This document shows positions 55,562 to 64,000 of a stretch of DNA of 64,000 nucleotides, piece after piece; positions within the stretch are counted from its first letter, which is position 1, and every line of letters begins with the position of its first letter. The stretch is from a virus (lineage: Duplodnaviria; Caudoviricetes): the IMG/VR virus record IMGVR_UViG_3300034161_000018, positions 192,001 to 256,000 of that record; one strand, given 5' to 3'. The position numbers were made by a program, and so were the translations under genes. The notes under the pieces are model-generated. The model was not told where the DNA came from. It saw nothing but the letters and a program-made list of their open reading frames with translations, and ran no database searches.

Positions 55562-58500
55562 GTGGCTATTCTTTTTGCAGATAGTTTCAACAGCTACGTC
55601 GCTTCTGCATCTTTGAATGCGGGCGGTAACGTGAGCGCTGCCGATGGATTGGTAAAAGCCGGGTACGCTCAGCCGTATGAGTTGCCCGGTTCAAACCGAT
55701 TCGCTGCCGGTTTGTTTTTGGCAAACGGAAAACTCAACAACGGCAACAGCTTGCGCCTGTGCTGGCAAAACGCAAACGCAAACTCACAACTGAACTACAC
55801 GCCGCCAACTGATGCACTTGCACTCAAGCGAAAGTTTTCGTTTCACTGGGAACGTTTCATTTGCTTGAGCACGCAAATCAAGTTGTCGAAAACGTGGACA
55901 CAAACTACCGGCCTGTCGAAAATCCCGTTGATTAAATTCGGGCCGGTGACTGTTTACGTTGTGTTGAATTACGACACGCCGAACGCTGTGCAGTATTACA
56001 GCCTGTACGCGAATGATAGTGCGCAGATTGGTCGGATGGATTCGACTCAGTGGTCGAGTCTAGATATTGAAATCAACCGCGAAGAAAAGAAACTGCGCGT
56101 TTGGTTGGCAAATGCCAAAGTGTGGGAAGTCGATTCCGATTATTTCACCACGACCAGCTTTGAATACATTGGTATGTTGCGTGCGCCAAACGCCGATAGT
56201 GCAACGCTCACCGCGCACGTCGGTTACTGCGATTTGGATTCGATCATCATTCAAGATGGTTCTGGCCCGCGCAATAACACACGTACCACTTCGCTGACAG
56301 CAAAAGCGATTTCACCAGACAGCGCGTCGGTTGCACAATTCGCTTACGTCGGTAACGCAAGCCAACTGACTTCGGTTTCTGATACTGCGAAATCGAACAC
56401 ATCTTACGACACAAACTATCGCACGTCGCCAACACTGGCAGCTTACGATTTGGCGAAAGTTTCAACGCCGGGAGAAATTGCCCCGCTTGCTGTGCAGGTT
56501 TCAACAGTTGCACGCGGCGAAGGTGCAGATGCTCCGCCCGTAAAACTGACCACGCGTTTCAACAATGGCAGCCTCACTTACAAAAAACCGCAACCGCATG
56601 CGGGCGTGTGGCGCCAACAGAAAGTAATGTTTGACCAAGCGCCAGACAATTCAAACTGGAGCGTGGCACAAATTCCAACATTGGAGTTCGGCTACGCGGT
56701 TGCACCTCAGTCGGAATTGGAATCGCTGGTGAATGGCGGTTTCGAGTATTTGGTATTTGGCGCACCGGGCAACGATCTTTTTGATTTGTATCGCGGTGAC
56801 GTTGATCCGACTTATGTTCCACCGTCGCAAGTGGAATATCAGCCACCATTAGAAACGCTGCCGAATTCTGGCCCCGGCCCGAAAACGCTGAAAGGCGGAA
56901 CTTCGCGCTTTGGTTATTTCGGCACTGTGCCAATGGCTACGCTTTTCCCAACCCGTCCGCTGGAACGCATTGTTGGATTGTCTGCCGGTAACTCGGTGAA
57001 CACTAGCACGGATTGGTTGAAGTTTATCGTCGGCGGCAAAACGCTATACATTCCGAAAAAACCAATTCGTTCATCTGTTGCGTGGGCGGATTTGTACGCA
57101 CTCGGTTTGGTTTACGGCGCACCGGGAAATGGCGCTGCGCCAAGCGGCCAGCCCGTCGATCAAGACAAGAAAATTGTTGTAGCTGGAAATAAATACGAAG
57201 TCCGGTTGATGACTGGTGCAGAAGCAGACCCGACCGCATTCCCAATCAACCAAACCGATCCTGCAACAACGCAAAACTCGGAATGGTCGCGTTTGATTTA
57301 TCGTGTTTGGGAATCTGACCCGACTGCAACGTTTTGGGAAAAGTTTACTGATTCCGATCTTGGTGTAAACGATGGTGGTGTAAACTATCTGACGTGGTGT
57401 CGTGAAGCTCATACGTTCGGTGCAGGTTATCGGGCGATGCGTGGTTATCCGGGCCTCACTGGCGGAACGGCGGCGATTAACACTTACGTTAATGCTCCAC
57501 CTTTGCAAGCGGCATGGCGTCCGGTTTTGGAATATCTCGGCACAACAACCGATCCAGATACGCCACCCCTAATTCCTGATCCACCAGTCGGCGATCCAAC
57601 AATGGGGCCGAAAACTTTGGTGGGCGGTGATTTGCAAGCCGGTTATTATGGGCTTCTGTCACAAACGGAATTGGGAATTACCAACGTGCAATTGGCAGCG
57701 CTGGTCGGCGTGACTGATGGCACTGACATTAACACAAACGGATCGTGGTTGAAGTTTTCGTGGAAAGGGAAAACAATCTTTACTCCACAAGCTCCAATCC
57801 GTCGAAATGTTTTGTGGCAGAACCTGTACCAGTTGGGCCTCGTTTATGGCGTGGACGCTTTCGGCGCTGCTCCATCGGGTGGCAACAAAAACCAACTTGT
57901 CTATGTTGACCTCGGCGGTTTCCGTTTCAAAATTCGTTTAATGAACGGCTCCGACACTAACCCATCGAGCGGCGTAATCAACAGCACGACCACGCAAAAC
58001 ACCGACAACTGCGAATGGGATAACACAATTGAAAGAGTGTATTCCGGAACACCGGCAAACCTGCGGTGGGCTTCGTTCACAGATGCGGAATTGGGTTCGG
58101 GCAGTTCAGACATTACAATCTGTCAGGAAAACCACACGTACTACGGCGGCACCACGCTTGCGAATACTCCGGCTCGCGTAGTTCGCGGTTATCCAAACGT
58201 GCAAGGCATGTCGGTAACACAAGCAACAACAAACGGCGGTTTCGGTGCTTACGCAAGTTGGCGTCCGGTTCTGGAATATGTTGGCCCTGCGCCAGTTGCT
58301 GGTTACACCGATCCAACGTGGGCACAAATGAGTTTCGCGGAAGGCATCCCACTTGACGACGTTTCGGAAAGTCCGTTAGCGACGACGAATGCAGCAATCA
58401 CCGCAAACAAATTGGTAAACACGACTACAACAGATGTGCCGTTGGATAAAGCGACGCCAGTGTATTTCAGTGCGAATGAAGATTTCAGCATTGAAGGGTG

Positions 58501-60253
58501 GGGCAATTTCAGTAGCATTTCTACAGCGGGTGCCGCAATTATCTGCATGGATAACCAAGCACTTACTGACACTAACCGCTCGTTCAACCTGTTTGTAGAT
58601 TCGACATTAACTGTTGGATTCATGCTGACTTCGACCGGCGCGTATGCAGGCGGTTTCTCAAACCCAGCCAATCCGAAAATCACTTTGAACTCCGATAACC
58701 ATTTCGCGGCGTGCCGTGTAAGTGGGACGCTCAAGATGTATTTGAACGGTGTTGAAATTTTCAGTGCGGCAAACGTTGTGGCTGCGTTTAAAACCACGAT
58801 GTATTTGGGTATTCGCCAAGGTGCAATTGGTAAGCGTTGGAACATGCGAGTCATGCGTGGGAAATCTGCGTACAATGGCGCGTTCACTCCACCGGCCTCC
58901 TTGCCTGCAATTGTGGTTCCGACCTACGATTCCAGTGTTGCGGCAGACATTGTTTTCCAAACGTGCTTCCGTCGAAATAGTTTGTACGACGAAGTTTCCC
59001 AAGCGCCACTCGCACTTTCGGGTACGGGAATCGCAGTTGCGAATGGTCGTCTAAACATTACGCAAACCGGATCAGCCGCACGCTTCCAGAAATTCATTCC
59101 GTACTTCGGCGCGGGGGATTACACCATTGAAGCAATCGTGCGTGTGCTCAGTACGGCTGGAAACGAAAACTGCGTCATGGGGCAATACGTTAACCCCGGC
59201 CAGAACAACAGTTGGTTGATTTGGTATAGCGCTGGCGGCGGAATTATTTTCTATTCCAACTCCACAGCAAACGGGTTGGTTGGCCTTACCGCAACCAAGG
59301 TAATTCCGTTTAACGTTGATGTGCATTTGGTTATCGAGAAGTATAAAGGAGTTCTAACGATTTACATGGATGGCGTGGCTTGCGGCACCGTCGCAAATAC
59401 ACAACCACTTTCCGATAACAGCGCGACAATCCCGGTACGAAACTGGTGGGGCGATAACTCCATGAGCAACAGTATGAGTATCAAGCATATGCGGATTGCA
59501 AAACGCGCAATGTACAAAGGTGTAATTAAACCGGCACCAACACTTCCGAAAATGCCACAAGCTGCGGCACTTCCGCTGCAAGGCCCAACTGCCTTGAAAG
59601 CTGGTGATGCGCAACTTGGTTATTACGGAACGCTGACCAGTTCGGCGATGTTGGGAACTTTAGATGCAGCGGCACTTATTGGATTGACTGTTGGTACGCC
59701 GATCAACCCGACAACGGATTGGTTGAAGTTTGCGTACAAAGGGAAAATCCTTTTCGTTCCGAAAATGCCTCTACGCCGTGACGTTACATGGAATGACATT
59801 TACGCCGCTGGTGCTGTTTATGGTGTGGCTGGTGTTGGCAACTTCCCTGCAACTCCAACCGTAACGCAAAACAGAACTATCACAATCGGCGGAAACAAAT
59901 TCCTAGTCCGGCTGTTCAAAGGTGCTGACGCTGACCCGTGCCCTACTTCGCAATACGCTGTAAACAACGTGGTCGGTACGCAAAACTCGGAATGGACTCA
60001 ACTCATGCAACGCGTTTGGGACACTGACCCGACCGCGACGTTTTGGGAAAAGTTCACGGCGGCACAAATGGGCACGACGATTGGTGCAACAGACTGCGGC
60101 GCATGGTGCCAAGAACAACATCCGTTTGCTGCAACCACTCGCGTTCTCCGAAACTATCGCGGGCTGCTTGGTATGACTGCGGATTACGTTTACTCGTCTG
60201 GTGCCGCAAGCTTGACCGAATGTTGGTGGCCTGTGTTTGAGTATGTGCCGTAA
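55562..60253 (+). CDS. Large modular tail protein: B-type N-terminal domain, three GPKTL..G...GY.G modules, two LamG/ConA-like domains
   Basis: Repeats start at about 56875, 57605 and 59582; DFSIEGW / DYTIEAIV...H...R..G...MY.NG LamG patterns. Confidence 0.75.
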   Translation: MAILFADSFNSYVASASLNAGGNVSAADGLVKAGYAQPYELPGSNRFAAGLFLANGKLNNGNSLRLCWQNANANSQLNYTPPTDALALKRKFSFHWERFICLSTQIKLSKTWTQTTGLSKIPLIKFGPVTVYVVLNYDTPNAVQYYSLYANDSAQIGRMDSTQWSSLDIEINREEKKLRVWLANAKVWEVDSDYFTTTSFEYIGMLRAPNADSATLTAHVGYCDLDSIIIQDGSGPRNNTRTTSLTAKAISPDSASVAQFAYVGNASQLTSVSDTAKSNTSYDTNYRTSPTLAAYDLAKVSTPGEIAPLAVQVSTVARGEGADAPPVKLTTRFNNGSLTYKKPQPHAGVWRQQKVMFDQAPDNSNWSVAQIPTLEFGYAVAPQSELESLVNGGFEYLVFGAPGNDLFDLYRGDVDPTYVPPSQVEYQPPLETLPNSGPGPKTLKGGTSRFGYFGTVPMATLFPTRPLERIVGLSAGNSVNTSTDWLKFIVGGKTLYIPKKPIRSSVAWADLYALGLVYGAPGNGAAPSGQPVDQDKKIVVAGNKYEVRLMTGAEADPTAFPINQTDPATTQNSEWSRLIYRVWESDPTATFWEKFTDSDLGVNDGGVNYLTWCREAHTFGAGYRAMRGYPGLTGGTAAINTYVNAPPLQAAWRPVLEYLGTTTDPDTPPLIPDPPVGDPTMGPKTLVGGDLQAGYYGLLSQTELGITNVQLAALVGVTDGTDINTNGSWLKFSWKGKTIFTPQAPIRRNVLWQNLYQLGLVYGVDAFGAAPSGGNKNQLVYVDLGGFRFKIRLMNGSDTNPSSGVINSTTTQNTDNCEWDNTIERVYSGTPANLRWASFTDAELGSGSSDITICQENHTYYGGTTLANTPARVVRGYPNVQGMSVTQATTNGGFGAYASWRPVLEYVGPAPVAGYTDPTWAQMSFAEGIPLDDVSESPLATTNAAITANKLVNTTTTDVPLDKATPVYFSANEDFSIEGWGNFSSISTAGAAIICMDNQALTDTNRSFNLFVDSTLTVGFMLTSTGAYAGGFSNPANPKITLNSDNHFAACRVSGTLKMYLNGVEIFSAANVVAAFKTTMYLGIRQGAIGKRWNMRVMRGKSAYNGAFTPPASLPAIVVPTYDSSVAADIVFQTCFRRNSLYDEVSQAPLALSGTGIAVANGRLNITQTGSAARFQKFIPYFGAGDYTIEAIVRVLSTAGNENCVMGQYVNPGQNNSWLIWYSAGGGIIFYSNSTANGLVGLTATKVIPFNVDVHLVIEKYKGVLTIYMDGVACGTVANTQPLSDNSATIPVRNWWGDNSMSNSMSIKHMRIAKRAMYKGVIKPAPTLPKMPQAAALPLQGPTALKAGDAQLGYYGTLTSSAMLGTLDAAALIGLTVGTPINPTTDWLKFAYKGKILFVPKMPLRRDVTWNDIYAAGAVYGVAGVGNFPATPTVTQNRTITIGGNKFLVRLFKGADADPCPTSQYAVNNVVGTQNSEWTQLMQRVWDTDPTATFWEKFTAAQMGTTIGATDCGAWCQEQHPFAATTRVLRNYRGLLGMTADYVYSSGAASLTECWWPVFEYVP

Positions 60254-60273
60254 CCTTTGATACAAAACTTTAT

Positions 60274-60300
60274 AGGGCGGTCTGCACGACGCCCTTTATT
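60274..60300 (+). terminator. Possible intrinsic terminator
   Basis: AGGGCG-GTC...GAC-GCCCT followed by TTATTT. Confidence 0.45.
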
Positions 60301-60311
60301 TTGGGTGCATT

Positions 60312-61493
60312 ATGGAATTTGTAAAGCACGAACAGCATAGAGCTTTTAATACGGTGCTGCAAAGCGCAAAGGGAACGCGGTTGCTTGTCCTTCGGGAAAC
60401 TACCGTCGAAGTTTACGTTGTTGCAAACTTGAGCGTTTCACGTATTTTGAGTTTCGGCGCTGCTCCATCGGCAGCCTCGATTTCACCAAACGGCCAGTAC
60501 ATTTCTTTTGTAAATGGATTGACCCTCACGACTTATACCATCGCCACGAAAACTCGGGTTGATGTTCAACTTCCGGATTACTGCGACTTGTGTTCGACCA
60601 ACGATTTGGGCGAAACAGTTTTGACAGCGCAGCGATTCATCGACGGCACCGCATACAAAGTTGTCGGTTCCGTTCTTTCCACAATCAACATCGGTAATCT
60701 GACCGGACGTAAATTTATCGCTAACGGTTCGACGTTGCGAGTATCCGACGAAAAGCGCTATGGCACTGTCGGTTCAATGGTCACGGCCACCGATTTGATT
60801 ATCGGAATGTACCACACGCACACGGTTGTTGCTGACGGCAAAGTGATTGGCCCAAGCACGACATTCGATTTCGCCGAACGTATTTACGAATCGTTTGATT
60901 GCGGACGTTACGTTGTCGTGCGACTGGCGACGAAATACGCGGCAGTGAAAAAAGCGGACACGACGAAAGCCGACATTCCGCAATCTGATTTGGCGACAAT
61001 GGTTGTGCCGACACGCATTGCGATTGGGCCGACGTTGAAAGCGTACACTGGCGAACAATTGACGATTACGCAAGGCAGTGGCTCGCTGACCATTAGCGGC
61101 CCGGACGCGTTTTTGTCGAAGTTCAAATTCGTCACAATCAACTCCACGAAGTTTCCTGTTTCGTTTGTTGCGGGTTCGGTCACGATCACCACTGCTATTC
61201 TGGCAAGTGCCGTCGTGCAGCTTTACCTAAACACTCAGGAATCGAACGCGCTGACTTCTGGTTTTGCAAACGCAACTCAGCTAATCATCAGTCGCAAGAT
61301 TGTCACTGTGCCGAATTATGTAACGCGCACCGACAACCCGTTGATGGGCCTACAGCCACCGCTTGCACCAACACGTAAAATTGTTGCAATCACCGGTTAC
61401 GATTACGGCGACAAATTCTCGCTCATGACTGCCCGTGCGGTTGCGGTAACGCGCCAGAAAATTGCAGTCACCTCTTACGACGAAAACCAGTAA
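60312..61493 (+). CDS. Hypothetical beta-rich (propeller-like) structural protein
   Basis: ORF track; SISPNGQYISF beta-propeller-like segment. Confidence 0.65.
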   Translation: MEFVKHEQHRAFNTVLQSAKGTRLLVLRETTVEVYVVANLSVSRILSFGAAPSAASISPNGQYISFVNGLTLTTYTIATKTRVDVQLPDYCDLCSTNDLGETVLTAQRFIDGTAYKVVGSVLSTINIGNLTGRKFIANGSTLRVSDEKRYGTVGSMVTATDLIIGMYHTHTVVADGKVIGPSTTFDFAERIYESFDCGRYVVVRLATKYAAVKKADTTKADIPQSDLATMVVPTRIAIGPTLKAYTGEQLTITQGSGSLTISGPDAFLSKFKFVTINSTKFPVSFVAGSVTITTAILASAVVQLYLNTQESNALTSGFANATQLIISRKIVTVPNYVTRTDNPLMGLQPPLAPTRKIVAITGYDYGDKFSLMTARAVAVTRQKIAVTSYDENQ

Positions 61494-61503
61494 GGAATCA
61501 AAC

Positions 61504-62850
61504 ATGGCTTTTTCAACAATTCCGTTCACCGGCCCAATTGTTTCTGACCCGACAAACTTTGGCTGGTGCAGTGTTTCGCCGACGAAAGCATTCATCATTT
61601 TCACCGGCTGGACTGGCGCCACTATCGGCACCGGCACTCGCAAACTTTTCATTCAAGCCGTTTATTTCAACGGTAAAGCGGCACCGACGTATGGCCCCGC
61701 TTGCGCAGTGCAAAACATTGCGTATGCTGGCGCACTGTTCCCGAATATCGTAGCACTCGGCGACGGGCGTTTGCTCGCTACCGTAAACGAAACTGCCGCC
61801 GCTTTCTCGTATTACGTTTTCGACGTAAACGGTTCCGATCAAGTTTCTTTCAGTTTCAAATCAGGCGCACCAATTACCCCTGCATGGTCGAACGTGGGCT
61901 GCTACGGCGTTGGGCTTGCATTGCTTTCCGGAACCAAAGTTCTTTCCGGAAACCAGACTTCCGCAACAAGCGGCGCACAGACTTACCAAATCGTTGATGT
62001 TGGTGTTTCCGGGTTTACGCTTACACCTGTTCCTGTCGGTTCGGCGTGGTGCATTGACCGCGTGGATCGCCAGCGGAAAGCACACTCGTATTTCCAAACG
62101 CAATTGTTTCGCCGTGACCGTAACGGAAAACTCATGGCAATCCGTTCGTTGTTTGCACCAAGCTACGTGAGTGGGCAAAACAACATTCAACCGTTCGGCT
62201 ATGCGTTTGCGTCTTTCGACGATCAAGGTGTTCCGCAATTTTACGCCGGTGACGACGGAATGTTTGCTATCACTGCCGCGCTCGGTGGGCACGACGATAG
62301 CGGAATGCAAAAAGCGCGGGATATGTTGCCTATTTCTCCTAGCACTATTCTGTCTTTGGGTGCAGTGGACAACCTCGGTCGCGGTGCAGCACTTCCTAAA
62401 TCCAACTTTGTCAAACTGACAATCGGTAAACAGGAATCGCTCGAAACCAACCAGATTTCTGCCAGTGCGGAAACGCCGTGGCGCGATACTGGAAAGATTT
62501 TCTTCCTCGACGTTATCTGGTTGGACACAGAATATTTCTTTGCGTTGGCCCGCACTGCAACCGCCGTTAGTGATGACGTTATTGTGGCGAACACGTTCCA
62601 AACAACGGGCACCACAAACTCGCGTGACCAAATGGTTTACATTGGTAAATACAATGACACAACCGGTTCGATTACTTTGGGGGACGCTTCGCCGCTGGCG
62701 TTGCCAACTCGTTGTTCCAACACGCAACCGGGCGGCCAGTACCTGCATCGAATCAGCAACGTCGAAGTTGCAATTCTCGAAGTGACGCAAAAAGACGACG
62801 TGCCTACCAACAACAGTTGGGAACTCAACGTAATCGTCATTGGAGCATAA
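61504..62850 (+). CDS. Hypothetical beta-rich structural protein
   Basis: TAAGGA RBS before ATG 61504. Confidence 0.7.
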   Translation: MAFSTIPFTGPIVSDPTNFGWCSVSPTKAFIIFTGWTGATIGTGTRKLFIQAVYFNGKAAPTYGPACAVQNIAYAGALFPNIVALGDGRLLATVNETAAAFSYYVFDVNGSDQVSFSFKSGAPITPAWSNVGCYGVGLALLSGTKVLSGNQTSATSGAQTYQIVDVGVSGFTLTPVPVGSAWCIDRVDRQRKAHSYFQTQLFRRDRNGKLMAIRSLFAPSYVSGQNNIQPFGYAFASFDDQGVPQFYAGDDGMFAITAALGGHDDSGMQKARDMLPISPSTILSLGAVDNLGRGAALPKSNFVKLTIGKQESLETNQISASAETPWRDTGKIFFLDVIWLDTEYFFALARTATAVSDDVIVANTFQTTGTTNSRDQMVYIGKYNDTTGSITLGDASPLALPTRCSNTQPGGQYLHRISNVEVAILEVTQKDDVPTNNSWELNVIVIGA

Positions 62851-62853
62851 GCT

Positions 62854-63525
62854 ATGTCTTTCGCAACTTTGGAAAGTTTGGTCACACGGCTGAATGACGT
62901 TTACACCGCACGCGGTTCCCTCGATTGTTTGCTGACGGTTGGCCTTGTGCCGACCGAACAAACCACAATCGCAGTTTGGAATCGCCGCGAACCTTACACC
63001 ATCGACGCGCCAATCAATCTTAAATGGTTGAAAGGCACGACAATGTACGTGCGGACTTCGCGCAGCCCAAGCGGCGGAAACAAAAATACGTGGATTGCGA
63101 TTTCCACAATCGACAAAGCGCTGGAACCGCAAAAGTGGGACAAAGCAAAACCTGCTGATTGGGATTTGTTGCAACACAGTACCAACATCGACGACCCGCA
63201 CCAAACACGCGGCGAGTTTGCGGGCGGTACTCTGAATGCCCCGCTGAAACTTTGGACTGAGCAGCCGCTTGGCGACGATTATGCAGCGAGTCAGAAATTC
63301 GTTGAAGACAAGCTGAAAGATTTCACGCCAGCCGAACGCTACGAGTACACGGCGAACAGCGCGAAAACGGAACATTTGATTACGCACGGAAAAGGAACAT
63401 TTACACCGTGCGTTTCCGTTTACGTCGAAAGGGAGATTGCGTTTACGGAAGTCGCAGTCATTGACGAAAACACAATTGCAGTTCGGTTTCCGGTTCCGGA
63501 ACTTTGTGAGGTAGGAGTCCTGTGA
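62854..63525 (+). CDS. Hypothetical tail-associated protein
   Basis: ORF track; C-terminal H.IT.HG.G......V pattern common in fibre proteins. Confidence 0.65.
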   Translation: MSFATLESLVTRLNDVYTARGSLDCLLTVGLVPTEQTTIAVWNRREPYTIDAPINLKWLKGTTMYVRTSRSPSGGNKNTWIAISTIDKALEPQKWDKAKPADWDLLQHSTNIDDPHQTRGEFAGGTLNAPLKLWTEQPLGDDYAASQKFVEDKLKDFTPAERYEYTANSAKTEHLITHGKGTFTPCVSVYVEREIAFTEVAVIDENTIAVRFPVPELCEVGVL

Positions 63526-64000
63526 AACAACTATTACTTTTTCTTTGTTTGCTAATTTACCAATGTACCGGATCAACTTATGGCAATGTGCCACCACGAC
63601 CGATCACTGACCTCGTTGTGCAATCTCATTCTGTGACATTGCTTTACGGCGAGCATTTGGTAAAAGCCATCGGCGTCAAGGATGTTGTTTTTCTTGATCC
63701 GAGTCCGCGAGCGCGGGATGTGAAAGAAGTTGTCTCCCGATTTGTCGTGGAGAACAATGTCGAAAACGCAACCGTGCTTGGCGACAATTACGAATTTACC
63801 GCAAAACATATCAAGTACGTTCCTCTGCTTTCTCAGATAAAGCTAGACCCGAAATTGTTTGACGGCCCGATCTACATTATCAGCGGTAAATCGCCAATCG
63901 CAGAAAAGCGTGCGGACGTAATCAAAGCGCAGTTGAAGAACACAACTGAGTTTACCGTTGAAACTGAGTACGAGCTACGGCAGACAATTGCAACGGTTTC
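63522..64000 (+). CDS. Exported or membrane protein with a signal-peptide-like N-terminus, truncated at the window end
   Basis: Read by hand: AGGAG RBS, GTG overlapping the upstream TGA, MKQLLLFLCLLIYQC..., open to base 64000. Confidence 0.65.
   Translation, partial: MKQLLLFLCLLIYQCTGSTYGNVPPRPITDLVVQSHSVTLLYGEHLVKAIGVKDVVFLDPSPRARDVKEVVSRFVVENNVENATVLGDNYEFTAKHIKYVPLLSQIKLDPKLFDGPIYIISGKSPIAEKRADVIKAQLKNTTEFTVETEYELRQTIATV

Noticed and set aside
1-64000. Stop-codon reassignment
   Set aside because: Large genes are uninterrupted in the standard code, and TAA, TGA and TAG are all used as stops.

Overview
A 64-kb segment of a large lytic dsDNA phage with a contractile tail (jumbo-myovirus-like). 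The gene content reminds me of the RSL1/Lu11/PaBG type, but that is recall, not a search result. Left to right: the C-terminus of a DnaB-like helicase; a packaging block (possible small terminase, intein-containing large terminase, Gp49-family protein, KTSC protein, portal); two intergenic, highly base-paired regions of about 300 and 400 nt that look like unannotated ncRNAs; a baseplate spike; a tightly packed operon (chaperone-bearing fibre, HAD phosphatase, SprT protease, MmcB-like nuclease, thymidylate kinase, type IB topoisomerase, five very basic proteins); a minus-strand block of small genes ending in thyA; and about 39 kb of baseplate, tail-fibre and adhesin genes built from repeated modules (Ig-like, collagen, split Calx-beta, PA14-like, LamG, Cys-rich). 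Two recurrent promoter-like motifs (TAATTTA before structural operons, CTGTAAA before non-structural genes) were found by eye. All protein calls come from motif recognition and all RNA pairings were found by hand; nothing was searched or folded computationally. I found no tRNA, CRISPR array, integrase or reverse transcriptase.
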